From Terriglobia bacterium (lineage in GTDB: Bacteria; Acidobacteriota; Terriglobia; 20CM-2-55-15), in NCBI GenBank assembly GCA_965198225.1, contig CBDAOY010000008.1, positions 1,024,001 through 1,088,000 of the forward strand: a stretch of 64,000 nt of DNA, given 5' to 3'. Positions 28,365-39,421 of this stretch are shown here, one piece after another. How positions within the stretch are numbered: the stretch's first letter is position 1; each line of letters begins with the position of its first letter. The notes under the pieces are model-generated. The model did not search any database. It worked only from the letters and a program-made list of their open reading frames with translations, and was not told the DNA's origin. The translations under genes were made by a program, and so were the position numbers.

Positions 28365-29987
28365 GGTTATGTTTCAGAGTTTCTGCAAAAAGGTCCTGAA
28401 ATAGGAAAGGGCCAGGGTATCTCCGAAAAGTTGGTAACGAATCAACTTTGAAACGAAGGAGATGAACCGATGGCCCGACCTCAGATTAAGCGAAAGGGAG
28501 TGGATTGGAAAGAACTGTTAGGAGAGGAAAAGGATTTGCTGAAAAGCGTCGTACAGGAGGTGGTTCAAGAGATTCTCGAGGCGGAGATGGACCAGGTCGT
28601 GGGCGCGGTCAAGAGTGAACGAACAGGGGGTCGCACCGGATATCGGAGTGGCTATTACGGACGGGACCTGGTCACACGGGTGGGCAAGCTGGAGTTGCGC
28701 GTGCCGCAGGACCGGGCCGGCCGGTTCAGTACGGAGGTGTTTGAACGCTACCAACGCAGCGAGAAAGCCTTGGTGGCCAGCTTGGCCGAGATGTACGTGC
28801 AGGGCGTGTCAACGCGCAAGGTGAAAGCCATCACCGAAGAACTATGCGGACATTCGTTTTCGGCCAGCACGATCAGCCGGATTAATCAGACTCTGGACAA
28901 GGAGCTGAAAAAGTTTGCAACGCGACGATTGGAGGAAGAATACCCGTACCTAATTTTGGATGCGCGCTACGAGAAGGTGCGCGAAGACGGGGTCATCCGG
29001 AGCCGGGCGGTGCTGGTCGCGATCGGAATCAACTGGGACGGCCGGCGCGGTGTGTTGGCGGTGGAGCTGGCGGGACGGGAAAGCACGACCAGTTGGCGGC
29101 AACTGCTGCTGAGTTTAAAACAACGCGGCCTGTGCGGGGTGGAGTTCGTGGTGACCGACGATCATCCGGGGTTGAAGAAAGCCATCGCGGAAGTCCTGAC
29201 CGAAGCGATCTGGCAGCGCTGCTACGTGCACTTTCTCCGAAACGCATTGGATTATCTGCCGCGCAAAGGCGATGACGATTGCCTCCAGGAACTGCGTTGG
29301 CTCTACGATCGGCGGAACCTCCAGGAAGCGCGGCAGGACCTCGCGGCGTGGTTGAGCAAGTGGGGGCAGAAATATCCCAAACTCTGCGACTGGGTCGAAG
29401 ACAACATCGACGAGACGCTGAGCTTCTACACGCTGCCGCTTCAGCATCACAAGCACATGAAATCCACCAATATGCTGGAACGGCTCAACGAAGAGATCAA
29501 GCGGCGAACGCGTGTGGTGCGGATATTCCCCAACGCGGCCAGCTGTCTGCGTTTGATTCGGGCACTGACCACCGAGATGCACGAGAACTGGATCGAAGCG
29601 ATCCGTTATTTGAACATGGATCTGTTGAAGGAACACAAGAAGGACTGGCACCGTCAGACGCCTGCCGCGTGAACGCGTCAAAACGGACCGACCCAAGGAT
29701 CGGCTCGGAAGCCGATCGTCGATTACAGCGCATCCTGGAGCGAGGAATCTCTGTGGAAAACTTTCAAAGGGCGAAAGAAAGAGAACCAAAAAAGAAAGAA
29801 AGGCAGAGGCCTGATGGAAATGACGCCTCAGAGGAAATCCGCAACAAGACGCGGATTCCCTCTGAGGCTTGGAAAAGCTTCGCCAAGAACGTTCAGCTTT
29901 CCCACATTCCCACAGGCCCGACGGCGATCAACACTCAAGAACTGACTTTTTCGGAAATACTTTTTGCAGAACTTGACGCACACAACT
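28365..29987 (+). mobile_element. IS256-family insertion sequence with 8-bp TSD TTACAGGT
   Basis: TSD at 28357-28364 and 29988-29995; imperfect IRs containing TTCTGCAAAAAG. Confidence 0.92.
28470..29672 (+). CDS. IS256 (Mutator) transposase
   Basis: RVPQDR, QGVSTRKV, WQRCYVHFLRN and STNMLERLNEEIKRR motifs. Confidence 0.97.
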   Translation: MARPQIKRKGVDWKELLGEEKDLLKSVVQEVVQEILEAEMDQVVGAVKSERTGGRTGYRSGYYGRDLVTRVGKLELRVPQDRAGRFSTEVFERYQRSEKALVASLAEMYVQGVSTRKVKAITEELCGHSFSASTISRINQTLDKELKKFATRRLEEEYPYLILDARYEKVREDGVIRSRAVLVAIGINWDGRRGVLAVELAGRESTTSWRQLLLSLKQRGLCGVEFVVTDDHPGLKKAIAEVLTEAIWQRCYVHFLRNALDYLPRKGDDDCLQELRWLYDRRNLQEARQDLAAWLSKWGQKYPKLCDWVEDNIDETLSFYTLPLQHHKHMKSTNMLERLNEEIKRRTRVVRIFPNAASCLRLIRALTTEMHENWIEAIRYLNMDLLKEHKKDWHRQTPAA

Positions 29988-30001
29988 TTACAGGTCACTA
30001 G

Positions 30002-32015
30002 CCCGACTTCCGCGGTTCGGCACGATTTTCATCTAATTTGGCCCATTTGGAGCACGAATCGCGTTTGTTTTCTGTGCCTTGACCTCCTGGGTGGGCGTGT
30101 AGTGCCGACCTACCCCCTTGATTAGTTTTTCGGATATGCCGACGATGCGTGCATGTTCGTGCGCTGCAAGAAGCGATTCAAGGACGGCAAGGAGCACCGC
30201 TACTGGAGTGTCGTCGAGAGCACCCGGGTCGGTGGCGGCCGTGTGGTCCAGCGCCAGCTTCTCTATCTCGGCGAGATCAACGACAGCCAGCGCGCCGAGT
30301 GGTGCCGCTCGATCGAGGTTCTCAGCGGCGGCGCGGCGCTGCAGCAGATGGCGCTGTTTCCCGAGGACCGGCCCGCGCCGGTGTTGGATTGCGATGTCGT
30401 GCAGATCCAGCTCGACAAACTGGAACTGCGCGATCCGCGCCAGTGGGGCGCCTGCTGGCTGGCGCTGGCGTTGTGGGACCGTCTCGGGCTGGACCGTTTC
30501 TGGGGCCCGCGGCTGCCGCCCAGCCGCAAGGGCACCCGATGGCTCGATATCCTCAAGGTGCAGGTCTGTTATCACCTGATCGATCCCGGCAGCGACTGGC
30601 GGCTGCACCGGCACTGGTATGAACACAGCGCGCTACGTGACCTGCTGGGCAGTGACCGCGTGATCTCCGACGACAAGCTCTACCGCTGTCTCGACCGGTT
30701 GCTCGACCACAAGCGCGAGTTCTTCTCGTTCCTCAAGGCGCGCTGGAGCACCCTGTTTGAGGCCCGGTTCGATGTTCTGCTCTACGATCTGACCAGCACC
30801 TATTTCGAGTCGGACCCGCCCTTGGCGGGCAAACGCCAGTTCGGCTACAGCCGCGACAAGCGTCCCGACTGCGTCCAGGTGGTGATCGCGCTGATCATCA
30901 CGCCCGACGGTTTCCCGCTGGCCTATGAGGTGATGCCGGGCAACACGGCCGACAACACCACGCTGGCCGCCTTCATCGACCGCATTGAGGCGCAATACGG
31001 TCGTTCCGACCGCATCTGGATCATGGATCGCGGCATTCCCACCGAGGAGACCCTGGCCGAGATGCGCGCCAGTGCCTCGGGCCTGCGCTATCTGGTTGGC
31101 ACACCCAAAGGTCGGCTGACCCGTCTGGAGTCGTCCTTCCTCGATCTGCCCTGGCAGCAGGTTCGCCAGTCCGTTGACGTCAAGCTGCTGTCACGAGACG
31201 GCGAACTCTATGTGCTGGTCCGTAGCGAAAAACGGATCTCGAAGGAACGCAGCATGCGGCGGCGACGGCTGAAGAAGCTGTGGAAACGCCTGCATGACCT
31301 GCAGCGACAATCCCTCAGCCGGGATGCGTTGCTGATCAAGCTGGGCGCCGCAAAGAAGGAGGCCGGACGCGCCTGGTATCTGGTCCGTATCGAGGTCCCA
31401 GAAAGCAATGGGGCACTGGCCCACAACGGCTTTGCCTTCACGCTCCGGCGCGACAAGCTCCGGGCCGCCTACCGGCGCGAAGGCCGCTACCTGCTGCGCT
31501 CCAACATGACCAGCGGTGACCCGGCACAGTTGTGGAGCCACTACATGCGATTGACCGAAATCGAGCAGGCGTTCAAGGAACTCAAGCACGACCTCGCGAT
31601 CCGGCCGATCTTCCATCAGCACGACCACCGCATCGAAGCCCATATCTTCCTTGCCTTCATCGCCTGGTGCCTGCAGGTCACCCTGAAATCCCTCATCCGC
31701 CCCCACGCCCCGGGGCTGACACCCCGCGCAATCCTCGACACATTCTCGACCATACAGATGGTCGATGTTCATGTGCCGACCACCGACGGACGCCACCTCG
31801 TCCTGCCGCGCTACACCCAACCCAACAGGGACCATCTCTTGCTGCTGCATCATCTCGCCATGACGTTGCCGCAACAGCCGACACCGCGCATCGCCATCTG
31901 AGCGCCATGCCACGGCCCCGATCGCCGACAGCCTTGTAGTGCCGACCTTCGGGACCTCGATCTAATTAACTCAACAACTTAGGTCTACCAAACCTGCCGA
32001 ACCGCGGAAGTCGGG
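30002..32015 (+). mobile_element. IS1634-family insertion sequence
   Basis: Perfect 21-bp TIR CCCGACTTCCGCGGTTCGGCA; CTAG on both flanks. Confidence 0.92.
30153..31901 (+). CDS. IS1634 transposase
   Basis: LYDLTSTYFE, FGYSRDKRPD, IMDRG, IEQAFKELK and RIEAHIF motifs. Confidence 0.95.
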   Translation: MFVRCKKRFKDGKEHRYWSVVESTRVGGGRVVQRQLLYLGEINDSQRAEWCRSIEVLSGGAALQQMALFPEDRPAPVLDCDVVQIQLDKLELRDPRQWGACWLALALWDRLGLDRFWGPRLPPSRKGTRWLDILKVQVCYHLIDPGSDWRLHRHWYEHSALRDLLGSDRVISDDKLYRCLDRLLDHKREFFSFLKARWSTLFEARFDVLLYDLTSTYFESDPPLAGKRQFGYSRDKRPDCVQVVIALIITPDGFPLAYEVMPGNTADNTTLAAFIDRIEAQYGRSDRIWIMDRGIPTEETLAEMRASASGLRYLVGTPKGRLTRLESSFLDLPWQQVRQSVDVKLLSRDGELYVLVRSEKRISKERSMRRRRLKKLWKRLHDLQRQSLSRDALLIKLGAAKKEAGRAWYLVRIEVPESNGALAHNGFAFTLRRDKLRAAYRREGRYLLRSNMTSGDPAQLWSHYMRLTEIEQAFKELKHDLAIRPIFHQHDHRIEAHIFLAFIAWCLQVTLKSLIRPHAPGLTPRAILDTFSTIQMVDVHVPTTDGRHLVLPRYTQPNRDHLLLLHHLAMTLPQQPTPRIAI

Positions 32016-32040
32016 CTAGGAGCAGGCTCGAACCAAGCGT

Positions 32041-34710
32041 CTACACCGTACGAAATAGATCCGACTGGTCGGATATCGCGGCCTGTGCCGCGGCCAGACG
32101 TGCGATCGGCACACGGTACGGCGAACAACTCACGTAGTGCAGGCCGACGTCGTGAAAGAACCGGATCGAAGCCGGATCGCCTCCGTGCTCTCCGCAGATG
32201 CCTAGCTTGAGATCGGAACGCACTTCGCGGCCCTTCTCGCACGCCATTCGAACCAATCCCCCGACACCCTCCTCATCGAGCTGTTGGAACGGATCCGCTT
32301 CCAGGATTCCGCGGCGCACGTACGCATCGATGAACTTTCCGGCATCGTCCCGCGAAAACCCGAAAGCGGTTTGCGTGAGGTCGTTTGTCCCGAACGAGAA
32401 GAACTGGGCAGATTCGGCAATCTTGTCCGCCACGACGGCGGCTCGCGGCAACTCGATCATCGTGCCGGTCAGAAACTCCACGCGCACGCCGCGTTCCACG
32501 AACACGTCTTCTGAGACCCGGTCCACGATCGCTTTCTGCTCTTCGAGTTCCCTGGGATGTCCCACCAACGGGACCATGATCTCGGGCCGGACCGTCATTC
32601 CTTCTCCGTGGACCGTGCAGGCCGCTTCGATAATCGCCCGTACCTGCATCTCCGAAATCTCAGGATGCGTGATCCCCAACCGGCAGCCCCGGTGGCCGAG
32701 CATCGGGTTGAACTCGAACAGATCTTCCACACGCATGAGTAGAGATTCCCGTTCTTCAATCTCGTCTTCACCGGCGCCACGTTGCTTCAAGAGCGCCACC
32801 TCGACCATCAGCTCTTCCCTCTTGGGCAGGAACTCGTGAAGCGGTGGATCCAGCAGTCGAATCGTGACCGGAAGACCGTCCATCACACGGAACAGCTCAG
32901 TAAAGTCCTGGCGCTGGACCGGCAACAGCTTCGCGACGGCTTCTCGCCGCTGGACCGAACTGGAGGCGAGAATCATCTCCTGTACGATAGCGAGCCGATC
33001 CTCGGCGAAGAACATGTGCTCTGTCCGACACAAGCCGATTCCTTCGGCGCCGAACTTCCGGGCGACTTGTGCATCACGGGGAACGTCGGCGTTCGTCCGC
33101 ACACCGAGACGCCGAATCTTGTCGGCCATCCCCATGAATTCGGCAAAATCGCCCGTGTTCGGGTCCGGTTCTACGGTCTGGACCCGCCCCTCGATCACGC
33201 GGCCGTTCGAGCCGTCCAGCGTGATGAAATCCCCCTCATGAAACCGGCGGCCTGCGACCTCGAGGGTCTTCTTGCGCTCGTCGATCTGCAAAGCCTCGAC
33301 ACCCGCCACACAGCACTTGCCCATGCCCCGCGCCACGACGGCGGCGTGGCTGGTCATCCCGCCCCTGGAGGTCAGGATCCCGGCTGCGACTTCCATCCCG
33401 TGGATGTCGTCGGGTACGGTTTCCTTGCGCACCAGGATGACTTTCTCGCGGCCACCCTGCTCTGCTGCCTCATCGGCAGAAAACACGATCCTTCCGGTCG
33501 CGGCCCCCGGAGATGCCGGCAAGCCGGTCGCGATCACGTCGTGGTCCCCGTCGGGATCCAGCTGAGGATGCAACAACTGATCCAGCTGCGCGGGATCGAC
33601 CCGCATGATGGCCTGCGTCTCGTCGATCAACCCCTCGCGAACCATTTCCACGGCGATCCGGACCGCCGCTGGCCCGGTCCGCTTGCCGTTCCGGGTCTGG
33701 AGCATGTAAAGACGACGCTCCTGAATCGTGAACTCGAAATCCTGCACGTCGCGATAGTGCTTTTCCAGACGCGTGGTGATGTCGCGCAACTGGTCGTAGA
33801 CGTCCGGCATCACGGTCTCGAGTTCGGCGATCGGCACCGGCGTCCTGATGCCGGCGACGACGTCCTCTCCCTGGGCGTTCATCAGGAACTCCCCGTAGAA
33901 CTCGTGTGCACCCGTCGAGGGATTTCGCGTGAAACCAACGCCGGTGCCGGAGGTGTCACCCATGTTGCCGAAGACCATCGCCTGGACGTTGACGGCGGTC
34001 CCGAGCTCGGCTGGAATCTGGTTCATCCGGCGGTAATGGATAGCGCGGGGGTTGTTCCAGGAACCAAACACCGCGTTGATAGCGAGCCGCAGCTGCTCGT
34101 GGGGTTCGTCCGGAAATTCACTTCCCGTCGTTTTCGTCACGGCCTTCTTGTACGCGTTTGCGATCCCGGCCAGTGTCTCGGCCGACAGTTCCGTGTCATC
34201 GGTCACTCCGGCCTGATCTTTTGCCTGGTCGAGGATGTCATCGAAGGCTTCCTTGGGCACCTGCAGCACGACGTTGCCGAACATCTGGATGAAACGCCGA
34301 TAGCTGTCCCAGGCAAACCGGGGATTCTCGGTCCTACGGGCCATGGCGTCGACCGTCGTGGGGTTCAGACCCAGGTTCAAGATCGTGTCCATCATTCCCG
34401 GCATCGAAAACTTCGCTCCGGATCGAACCGACACGAGCAATGGCTTTTCCACGTCGCCGAGCTTCTGATCGGTCACCTTCTCGAGCCGAGCGAGGGCCGA
34501 TTTCACTTGATCTTCCACTGCGGCGTCTGGCGCTCCATCGGATGCGTAGTAGATCTTGCAAACGTCGGTGCTGATGGTAAAACCGGGTGGCACGGGTAGT
34601 CCGGCCTTGCTCATCTCGGCGAGCCCGGCCCCTTTGCCGCCGAGCAGATCTTTCATGACCCCGTTGCCCTCGGCTCCACCTTCGCCGAAGAAGTACACGT
34701 ATTGGCTCAT
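32041..34710 (-). CDS. ppdK: Pyruvate, phosphate dikinase
   Basis: LGGKGAGLAEM, SVRSGA, GGMTSHAAVVAR and FSFGTNDLTQ motifs. Confidence 0.98.
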   Translation of the reverse strand: MSQYVYFFGEGGAEGNGVMKDLLGGKGAGLAEMSKAGLPVPPGFTISTDVCKIYYASDGAPDAAVEDQVKSALARLEKVTDQKLGDVEKPLLVSVRSGAKFSMPGMMDTILNLGLNPTTVDAMARRTENPRFAWDSYRRFIQMFGNVVLQVPKEAFDDILDQAKDQAGVTDDTELSAETLAGIANAYKKAVTKTTGSEFPDEPHEQLRLAINAVFGSWNNPRAIHYRRMNQIPAELGTAVNVQAMVFGNMGDTSGTGVGFTRNPSTGAHEFYGEFLMNAQGEDVVAGIRTPVPIAELETVMPDVYDQLRDITTRLEKHYRDVQDFEFTIQERRLYMLQTRNGKRTGPAAVRIAVEMVREGLIDETQAIMRVDPAQLDQLLHPQLDPDGDHDVIATGLPASPGAATGRIVFSADEAAEQGGREKVILVRKETVPDDIHGMEVAAGILTSRGGMTSHAAVVARGMGKCCVAGVEALQIDERKKTLEVAGRRFHEGDFITLDGSNGRVIEGRVQTVEPDPNTGDFAEFMGMADKIRRLGVRTNADVPRDAQVARKFGAEGIGLCRTEHMFFAEDRLAIVQEMILASSSVQRREAVAKLLPVQRQDFTELFRVMDGLPVTIRLLDPPLHEFLPKREELMVEVALLKQRGAGEDEIEERESLLMRVEDLFEFNPMLGHRGCRLGITHPEISEMQVRAIIEAACTVHGEGMTVRPEIMVPLVGHPRELEEQKAIVDRVSEDVFVERGVRVEFLTGTMIELPRAAVVADKIAESAQFFSFGTNDLTQTAFGFSRDDAGKFIDAYVRRGILEADPFQQLDEEGVGGLVRMACEKGREVRSDLKLGICGEHGGDPASIRFFHDVGLHYVSCSPYRVPIARLAAAQAAISDQSDLFRTV

Positions 34711-34732
34711 TCTCGCAGTTCCCTACGCCATT

Positions 34733-36796
34733 TCAGCCGGACACCACGACTTCGGAAATATCCGCGACCTGGAGGAATGTCTCAAACAAGTTTTTCAGCA
34801 GCACCAGCCGGCGCATCCGGACCGACGCATCTTCGTGCATGACCATAATCTTGTCGAAGAATTCGTCCACCGGGGCGCGGAGATCCGCCATCTGTTCGAG
34901 TATCTTCCCGTACTCGCCCTCTCGGGTCCAGGCAGCGACCTGCGGCTCCAGATTACGCAGCGCCGAAGCGAGAACTTCCTCGGCCGGCTCCAGGTCGTCA
35001 CCCTCGACATCTCCCAGGATCGCCTGACCGCGTTTTTCCGACTGCTTGAGGATGTTCTTGATTCGCTTGAAGGCGGTCGCGATGGCAACCAGGTCGGGGC
35101 TCTGACGAACGTCGTGCAACGCTTCGACGCGTGCCAGGACGTCGGACGGGCTGTCGGAGCTGGTGGCCAGAACTGCGCTGATCTCGTCGTAGGCGAAACC
35201 TCGCCGGCCCAGGATGTATCGGAGGCGATCCTCCCAGAATGCGCGAACGGCGTTGGCGCGCTCGCCTTCCAGCCGGGAGTCGGACGCCAGTACTCCCTCC
35301 AGCGAGAAAGGCAGGCCGTGGTCAAGCAGCGTCTTGATGATCCCCTGCGTCTGTCTGCGGAGCCCGAGCGGGTCCGCTGAGCCGGTCGGGATCAAGCCCA
35401 CCGAAAAACATCCGATCACGGTGTCCAGGCTGTCAGTCAGGGATACAACGACGCCCGTCGGTGTGTCCGGCGACCGATCTTCAAGGCTCTGCGGTTTGTA
35501 CTGATCGTAGATCGCCCGCCACAGTTCCTCCGGGGCACCTTCGCGGCGGGCGTACAATCCTCCGACGACGCCCTGCAGGCCGGGGAACTCACCGACCAGG
35601 TCCGTCGTCAAGTCCGATTTCGCCCAGCGGAGGGCCGTATCCAGGACGTCGCTTGGAACGACCGATCCGGTCAATTGCCTTACCGGCCCGGCAAGCGCCC
35701 GCATCCGGTCAACCTTCTCGGCATAGGTTCCCAATTCCTTCTGGAAGACAATCGACTTCAAGCCGGCAGTCCGCTGCTCCAGGGTCTGCTTAGCATCGAC
35801 TTCCCAGAAAAACAGCGCATCGCTCAACCGTGCTCGAAGCACGCGTTCGTGCCCGACCCGTATCAGTCCCCGGCGGTCCTCGTTCGTGTTCATCACGGCC
35901 AGGAAATACGGCAGCAGCGAACCCTCACTGGTTTCGAGCGCGAAATACTTCTGGTGTTCCCGCATCACGCTGATCAGGACCTCTCTCGGCACCTCGAGAA
36001 AACGCTCTTCGAACCGGCCTACGATGACGGTCGGATATTCGTTGATGTAGACCACTTCTTCCAGCAGCCGTTGATCGGACACGAGGCGGGCATCTAAACG
36101 GGATGCAGCCTCCGTCAGCTCGGCCTCGACCTTCTGTTTCCTGGATTTCTCGGAAACCAGGACGAAGTTGTTCTCAAGCTTGCGAACGTAATCATCGAAG
36201 GAATCGACGGCGATCGAGCGTCGGCCCAGGATCCGGTGGCCGTCGGTCGCCGATCCCGAACCGACGCCAAACAACTCCAGGGGGACCGTGCTTCCACCAA
36301 GGAGTGCCAGCACCCAACGGATCGGACGGGCGAACCGCTGCCGGTCATGGGTCCAGTACATCATCTTGGGAAAAGTCAGGGATCCCACGACGGCCGGGAT
36401 CCCGGCCGTAAGGACTTCCGAAGCCGTCTTACCCTCGATTCGGGCTTCGAACCCCATGTACTCCCCGCGTTCGGTCTCGATGACGTCGAGGGTGTCGACG
36501 GCGACGCCGGATTTCCGCGCGAAACCTTCGAGCGCCTTCGAGGGTTTACCCTCCTGGAACGCGATGGCCTTAGGGGGGCCAAGCTTTGTCTCGGTGCGGG
36601 TCTCCTGGCCTTCTGCAAGTCCCACGACGCGAACGACCAGCCGGCGCGCCGATCCGAGCGTCTCGACGCCGGCGTGGGCGAGCTTCTCTTCGTCCAGCAA
36701 CGTTTCGAAGCGCTGCTTCAGATCGTCCAGCGCGCGACGCATCGCCCGGGCCGGAATCTCTTCGCACCCGATTTCCAGGAGGAACTCACTCGCCAC
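34733..36796 (-). CDS. glyS: Glycine-tRNA ligase beta subunit
   Basis: [26 protein letters not shown] and [12 protein letters not shown] motifs. Confidence 0.95.
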   Translation of the reverse strand: MASEFLLEIGCEEIPARAMRRALDDLKQRFETLLDEEKLAHAGVETLGSARRLVVRVVGLAEGQETRTETKLGPPKAIAFQEGKPSKALEGFARKSGVAVDTLDVIETERGEYMGFEARIEGKTASEVLTAGIPAVVGSLTFPKMMYWTHDRQRFARPIRWVLALLGGSTVPLELFGVGSGSATDGHRILGRRSIAVDSFDDYVRKLENNFVLVSEKSRKQKVEAELTEAASRLDARLVSDQRLLEEVVYINEYPTVIVGRFEERFLEVPREVLISVMREHQKYFALETSEGSLLPYFLAVMNTNEDRRGLIRVGHERVLRARLSDALFFWEVDAKQTLEQRTAGLKSIVFQKELGTYAEKVDRMRALAGPVRQLTGSVVPSDVLDTALRWAKSDLTTDLVGEFPGLQGVVGGLYARREGAPEELWRAIYDQYKPQSLEDRSPDTPTGVVVSLTDSLDTVIGCFSVGLIPTGSADPLGLRRQTQGIIKTLLDHGLPFSLEGVLASDSRLEGERANAVRAFWEDRLRYILGRRGFAYDEISAVLATSSDSPSDVLARVEALHDVRQSPDLVAIATAFKRIKNILKQSEKRGQAILGDVEGDDLEPAEEVLASALRNLEPQVAAWTREGEYGKILEQMADLRAPVDEFFDKIMVMHEDASVRMRRLVLLKNLFETFLQVADISEVVVSG

Positions 36797-37685
36797 GAGC
36801 CACCCCCTCTTCATCGGCCGTTCCCAACAAGGGGAACCCGAGGCTTTTGCGGCTCGCGAGATAGGCTTTAGCGACGGCCACGGCCAGAACTCGAACACGA
36901 GCGATCATCCGTGCCCGCTCGGTCACGCTGATCGCTCCCCGGGCGTCGAGCACGTTGAATATGTGGGAGCACTTCAGGCAGTTCTCGTATGAAGCCAGCA
37001 CGAGATCCTCGTCGATCAGATGATTCGATTCCTCTTCGAATTCTTCGAAGAGTCGAAAGTAACGCTCGATGTCGGCGCACTCGAAGTAATACTTCGAAAA
37101 CTCGAACTCGTCGCGCTGACGCACTTCTCCGTAGGACACCCGATCGTTCCACGGAAGGTCGAAGACATTGTCCACGTCGTTGAGGAACATGGCGATACGC
37201 TCCAACCCAAAAGTGATCTCGCCTGATATCGGCATGAGATCCAGGCCGCCGGCCTGTTGAAAGTACGTAAACTGTGTGATTTCCTGCCCGTCGAGCATCA
37301 CCTGCCAACCGACCCCGGCCGCTCCCAGCGTGGGGGCTTCCCAGTTGTCTTCCTCGAACTTGATGTCGTGTTCCTCCAGTCTGATGCCCATGGCCGTAAG
37401 CGAGTTCAGGTAGATCGTTTGGATGTCGGCCGGCGGCGGCTTGAGGATGACCTGCAGCTGGTGGTGCTTTTCGAGGCGGTTCGGATTCTCGCCGTATCGG
37501 CCGTCTGCCGGTCGCCGGGACGGCTCGACGTAGGCGACCCGGTAGGGTTCGGGTCCGAGCACCCTCAGGAATGTTTCGGGATGCATGGTGCCCGCGCCGA
37601 CTTCGACGTCATAGGGTTGCTGCAGAACGCAGCCCTGCCGGCCCCAGAAATCCATCATCGACTGAATGAGATCTTGAAAGTTCAT
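36786..37685 (-). CDS. glyQ: Glycine-tRNA ligase alpha subunit
   Basis: MNFQDLI..EVGAGT and [17 protein letters not shown] motifs. Confidence 0.97.
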   Translation of the reverse strand: MNFQDLIQSMMDFWGRQGCVLQQPYDVEVGAGTMHPETFLRVLGPEPYRVAYVEPSRRPADGRYGENPNRLEKHHQLQVILKPPPADIQTIYLNSLTAMGIRLEEHDIKFEEDNWEAPTLGAAGVGWQVMLDGQEITQFTYFQQAGGLDLMPISGEITFGLERIAMFLNDVDNVFDLPWNDRVSYGEVRQRDEFEFSKYYFECADIERYFRLFEEFEEESNHLIDEDLVLASYENCLKCSHIFNVLDARGAISVTERARMIARVRVLAVAVAKAYLASRKSLGFPLLGTADEEGVARGE

Positions 37686-38389
37686 CGCTCGAAGTAGTGT
37701 TCGATCCAGAGCTTGTTGAGTTGCCGGATGTGTTGCAAACCCTCCGGGTCCGGCGCTACCGCCTCGGCATCGAGCGAGGTCGTCAGGATCCGGCCGAGTA
37801 TCGCTATCGTCGAAAACGGCACCTGGGTTCCGTTGCCCGACCCGCATCCCGCGCAAGCAACCGCCGTCAGACCGGAGAGGAGGGTGCGTTCTTCTTCCCG
37901 GTCCAGAGCGCGTGAGCAGGCAGAGCACGTGAACATGTCGGGAAAGACGCCCGCGAGGCGGAGCATCCACACCTCGAAATAGCAGCGAGCCAAATCGAGG
38001 GGACAGCCGGCCACGAGCGCACGCCGCGCAAGGCTGAACAGCCGAAAAACGGCATCCTGGACCTCGTAATCCGGCAGGAAACGGTCGACGAGATCGGCTA
38101 TGTGGCTGGCCAGGATAGCCCGGTCATAGTCCTCGAACAGCTTCATCGGCGAGTCGATGAGCTCGGAGGAGCGGATCCGGACCAGTTCCCGGTTCTCCTT
38201 CCGGAAGAACGTTACCCTCGACTGCGCCAGTGGTTCCAGCGATGCTCCGAACCGGCTCTTGATTCTGCGCGCGCCGTTCGCGACGCCACGGACCTTCCCG
38301 TACTCCCGGCTGAAGAACACGACGATCCGATCCGCCTCAGCGAGAGGATACGTCTTTAGTATGATGGAGTCGCTCTCATGAAGCGGCAT
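37682..38389 (-). CDS. recO: DNA repair protein RecO
   Basis: [27 protein letters not shown], CxxC..CxxC zinc finger, position upstream of glyQ. Confidence 0.92.
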   Translation of the reverse strand: MPLHESDSIILKTYPLAEADRIVVFFSREYGKVRGVANGARRIKSRFGASLEPLAQSRVTFFRKENRELVRIRSSELIDSPMKLFEDYDRAILASHIADLVDRFLPDYEVQDAVFRLFSLARRALVAGCPLDLARCYFEVWMLRLAGVFPDMFTCSACSRALDREEERTLLSGLTAVACAGCGSGNGTQVPFSTIAILGRILTTSLDAEAVAPDPEGLQHIRQLNKLWIEHYFER

Positions 38390-38420
38390 GGTCCACACTG
38401 ATCGTGGCACGACCAACCGT

Positions 38421-38458
38421 CAGAACGGGGCCCATTCTCCAGAACGGGGTCCATTTTC
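38421..38458. repeat. Two tandem 19-bp repeats (CAGAACGGGGYCCATTYTC)
   Basis: Directly visible, 17/19 identical, in the divergent recO/pfkB intergenic region. Confidence 0.8.
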
Positions 38459-38467
38459 GATTTAAAC

Positions 38468-39421
38468 ATGTCGAGCCGAGGCAATTCCACCACGATTCCC
38501 AACTCGTTTGATGTCGTCGGTCTGGGTCTCAACGCGATGGACTACATCTCCATCCTGCCCCGATTTCCCGAGCCCCACTCCAAACTACCCATCCGGGAAG
38601 TGCGCCTCGAACCCGGCGGACAGGTCGCCACCGCGCTGACCACCTGCCGGCGTCTGGGCCTATCGGCGCGCTACATTGGCTCGGTCGGTTCGGACTACCT
38701 GGGGCGCCTCCAGATCGAAAGTCTCGAGCAGGAGGGTCTGGAGACGACCGGGGTGCGAATCGTGGCGGGGGCGACGAGCCAGGTAGCTTTCATTCTCGTC
38801 GAGGACGGAGTCGGGGAGCGAACGATCTTGTGGCACCGTGACGAGCGACTCATCTTTCCACCCGAAGCGCTGTCGAAGGACTCCGTCGTATCCGGTCGCA
38901 TCCTCCATCTGGATGGCCGGGATTCCAAAGCCGCGCCCCAGGCGGCCCGTTGGGCGAAGCAGGCCTCGATCCCGATCGTCATCGACATCGATCAAATCTA
39001 CGACGAAACAACCGAGGAGCTGCTCTCGCTCGTGGACTACCTGATCGCCGCCGAAGACTTTGCCCTGCCCCTGACCGACCGAACCGATCCCGTTGAAGCG
39101 GCTCGAGCCTTGTCGGACCGATACGGGGCGGCGGTCACCGGAATCACTCTTGGCGCCTCAGGGACCGTCTTCATACAGGAAGACCACGAGCTGAGAAGTC
39201 CCGCTTTCGACGTCCCGGTCGTAGACACTACCGGGGCCGGAGACGTCTTCCACGGTGCGTTCATATACGGTGTGCTCGAGGGTTGGGGCCTGGAAGAGAC
39301 AATCCGTTTCTCCCACGCGGTAGCGGCTATGAACTGTATGAAGATCGGTGCGCGGGCGGGAATACCGAAGCTGGAAGAAGCGAGGGAGTTTCTACGAAGT
39401 CGCGGGATGGTCAGCCCTTGA
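38468..39421 (+). CDS. PfkB-family carbohydrate kinase
   Basis: PGGQVATA and VDTTGAGDVFHG motifs. Confidence 0.92.
   Translation: MSSRGNSTTIPNSFDVVGLGLNAMDYISILPRFPEPHSKLPIREVRLEPGGQVATALTTCRRLGLSARYIGSVGSDYLGRLQIESLEQEGLETTGVRIVAGATSQVAFILVEDGVGERTILWHRDERLIFPPEALSKDSVVSGRILHLDGRDSKAAPQAARWAKQASIPIVIDIDQIYDETTEELLSLVDYLIAAEDFALPLTDRTDPVEAARALSDRYGAAVTGITLGASGTVFIQEDHELRSPAFDVPVVDTTGAGDVFHGAFIYGVLEGWGLEETIRFSHAVAAMNCMKIGARAGIPKLEEAREFLRSRGMVSP

Larger units (their letters stand above)
28099..29998. mobile_element. IS630-type MITE (269 bp net: 28099-28364 plus 29996-29998), interrupted by IS256
   Basis: 30-bp TIRs match 27/30 once IS256 and one TSD copy are removed; TA on both flanks. TAGTGGCCTGTAAC is identical to the end of the IS630 at 63176. 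Confidence 0.85.
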
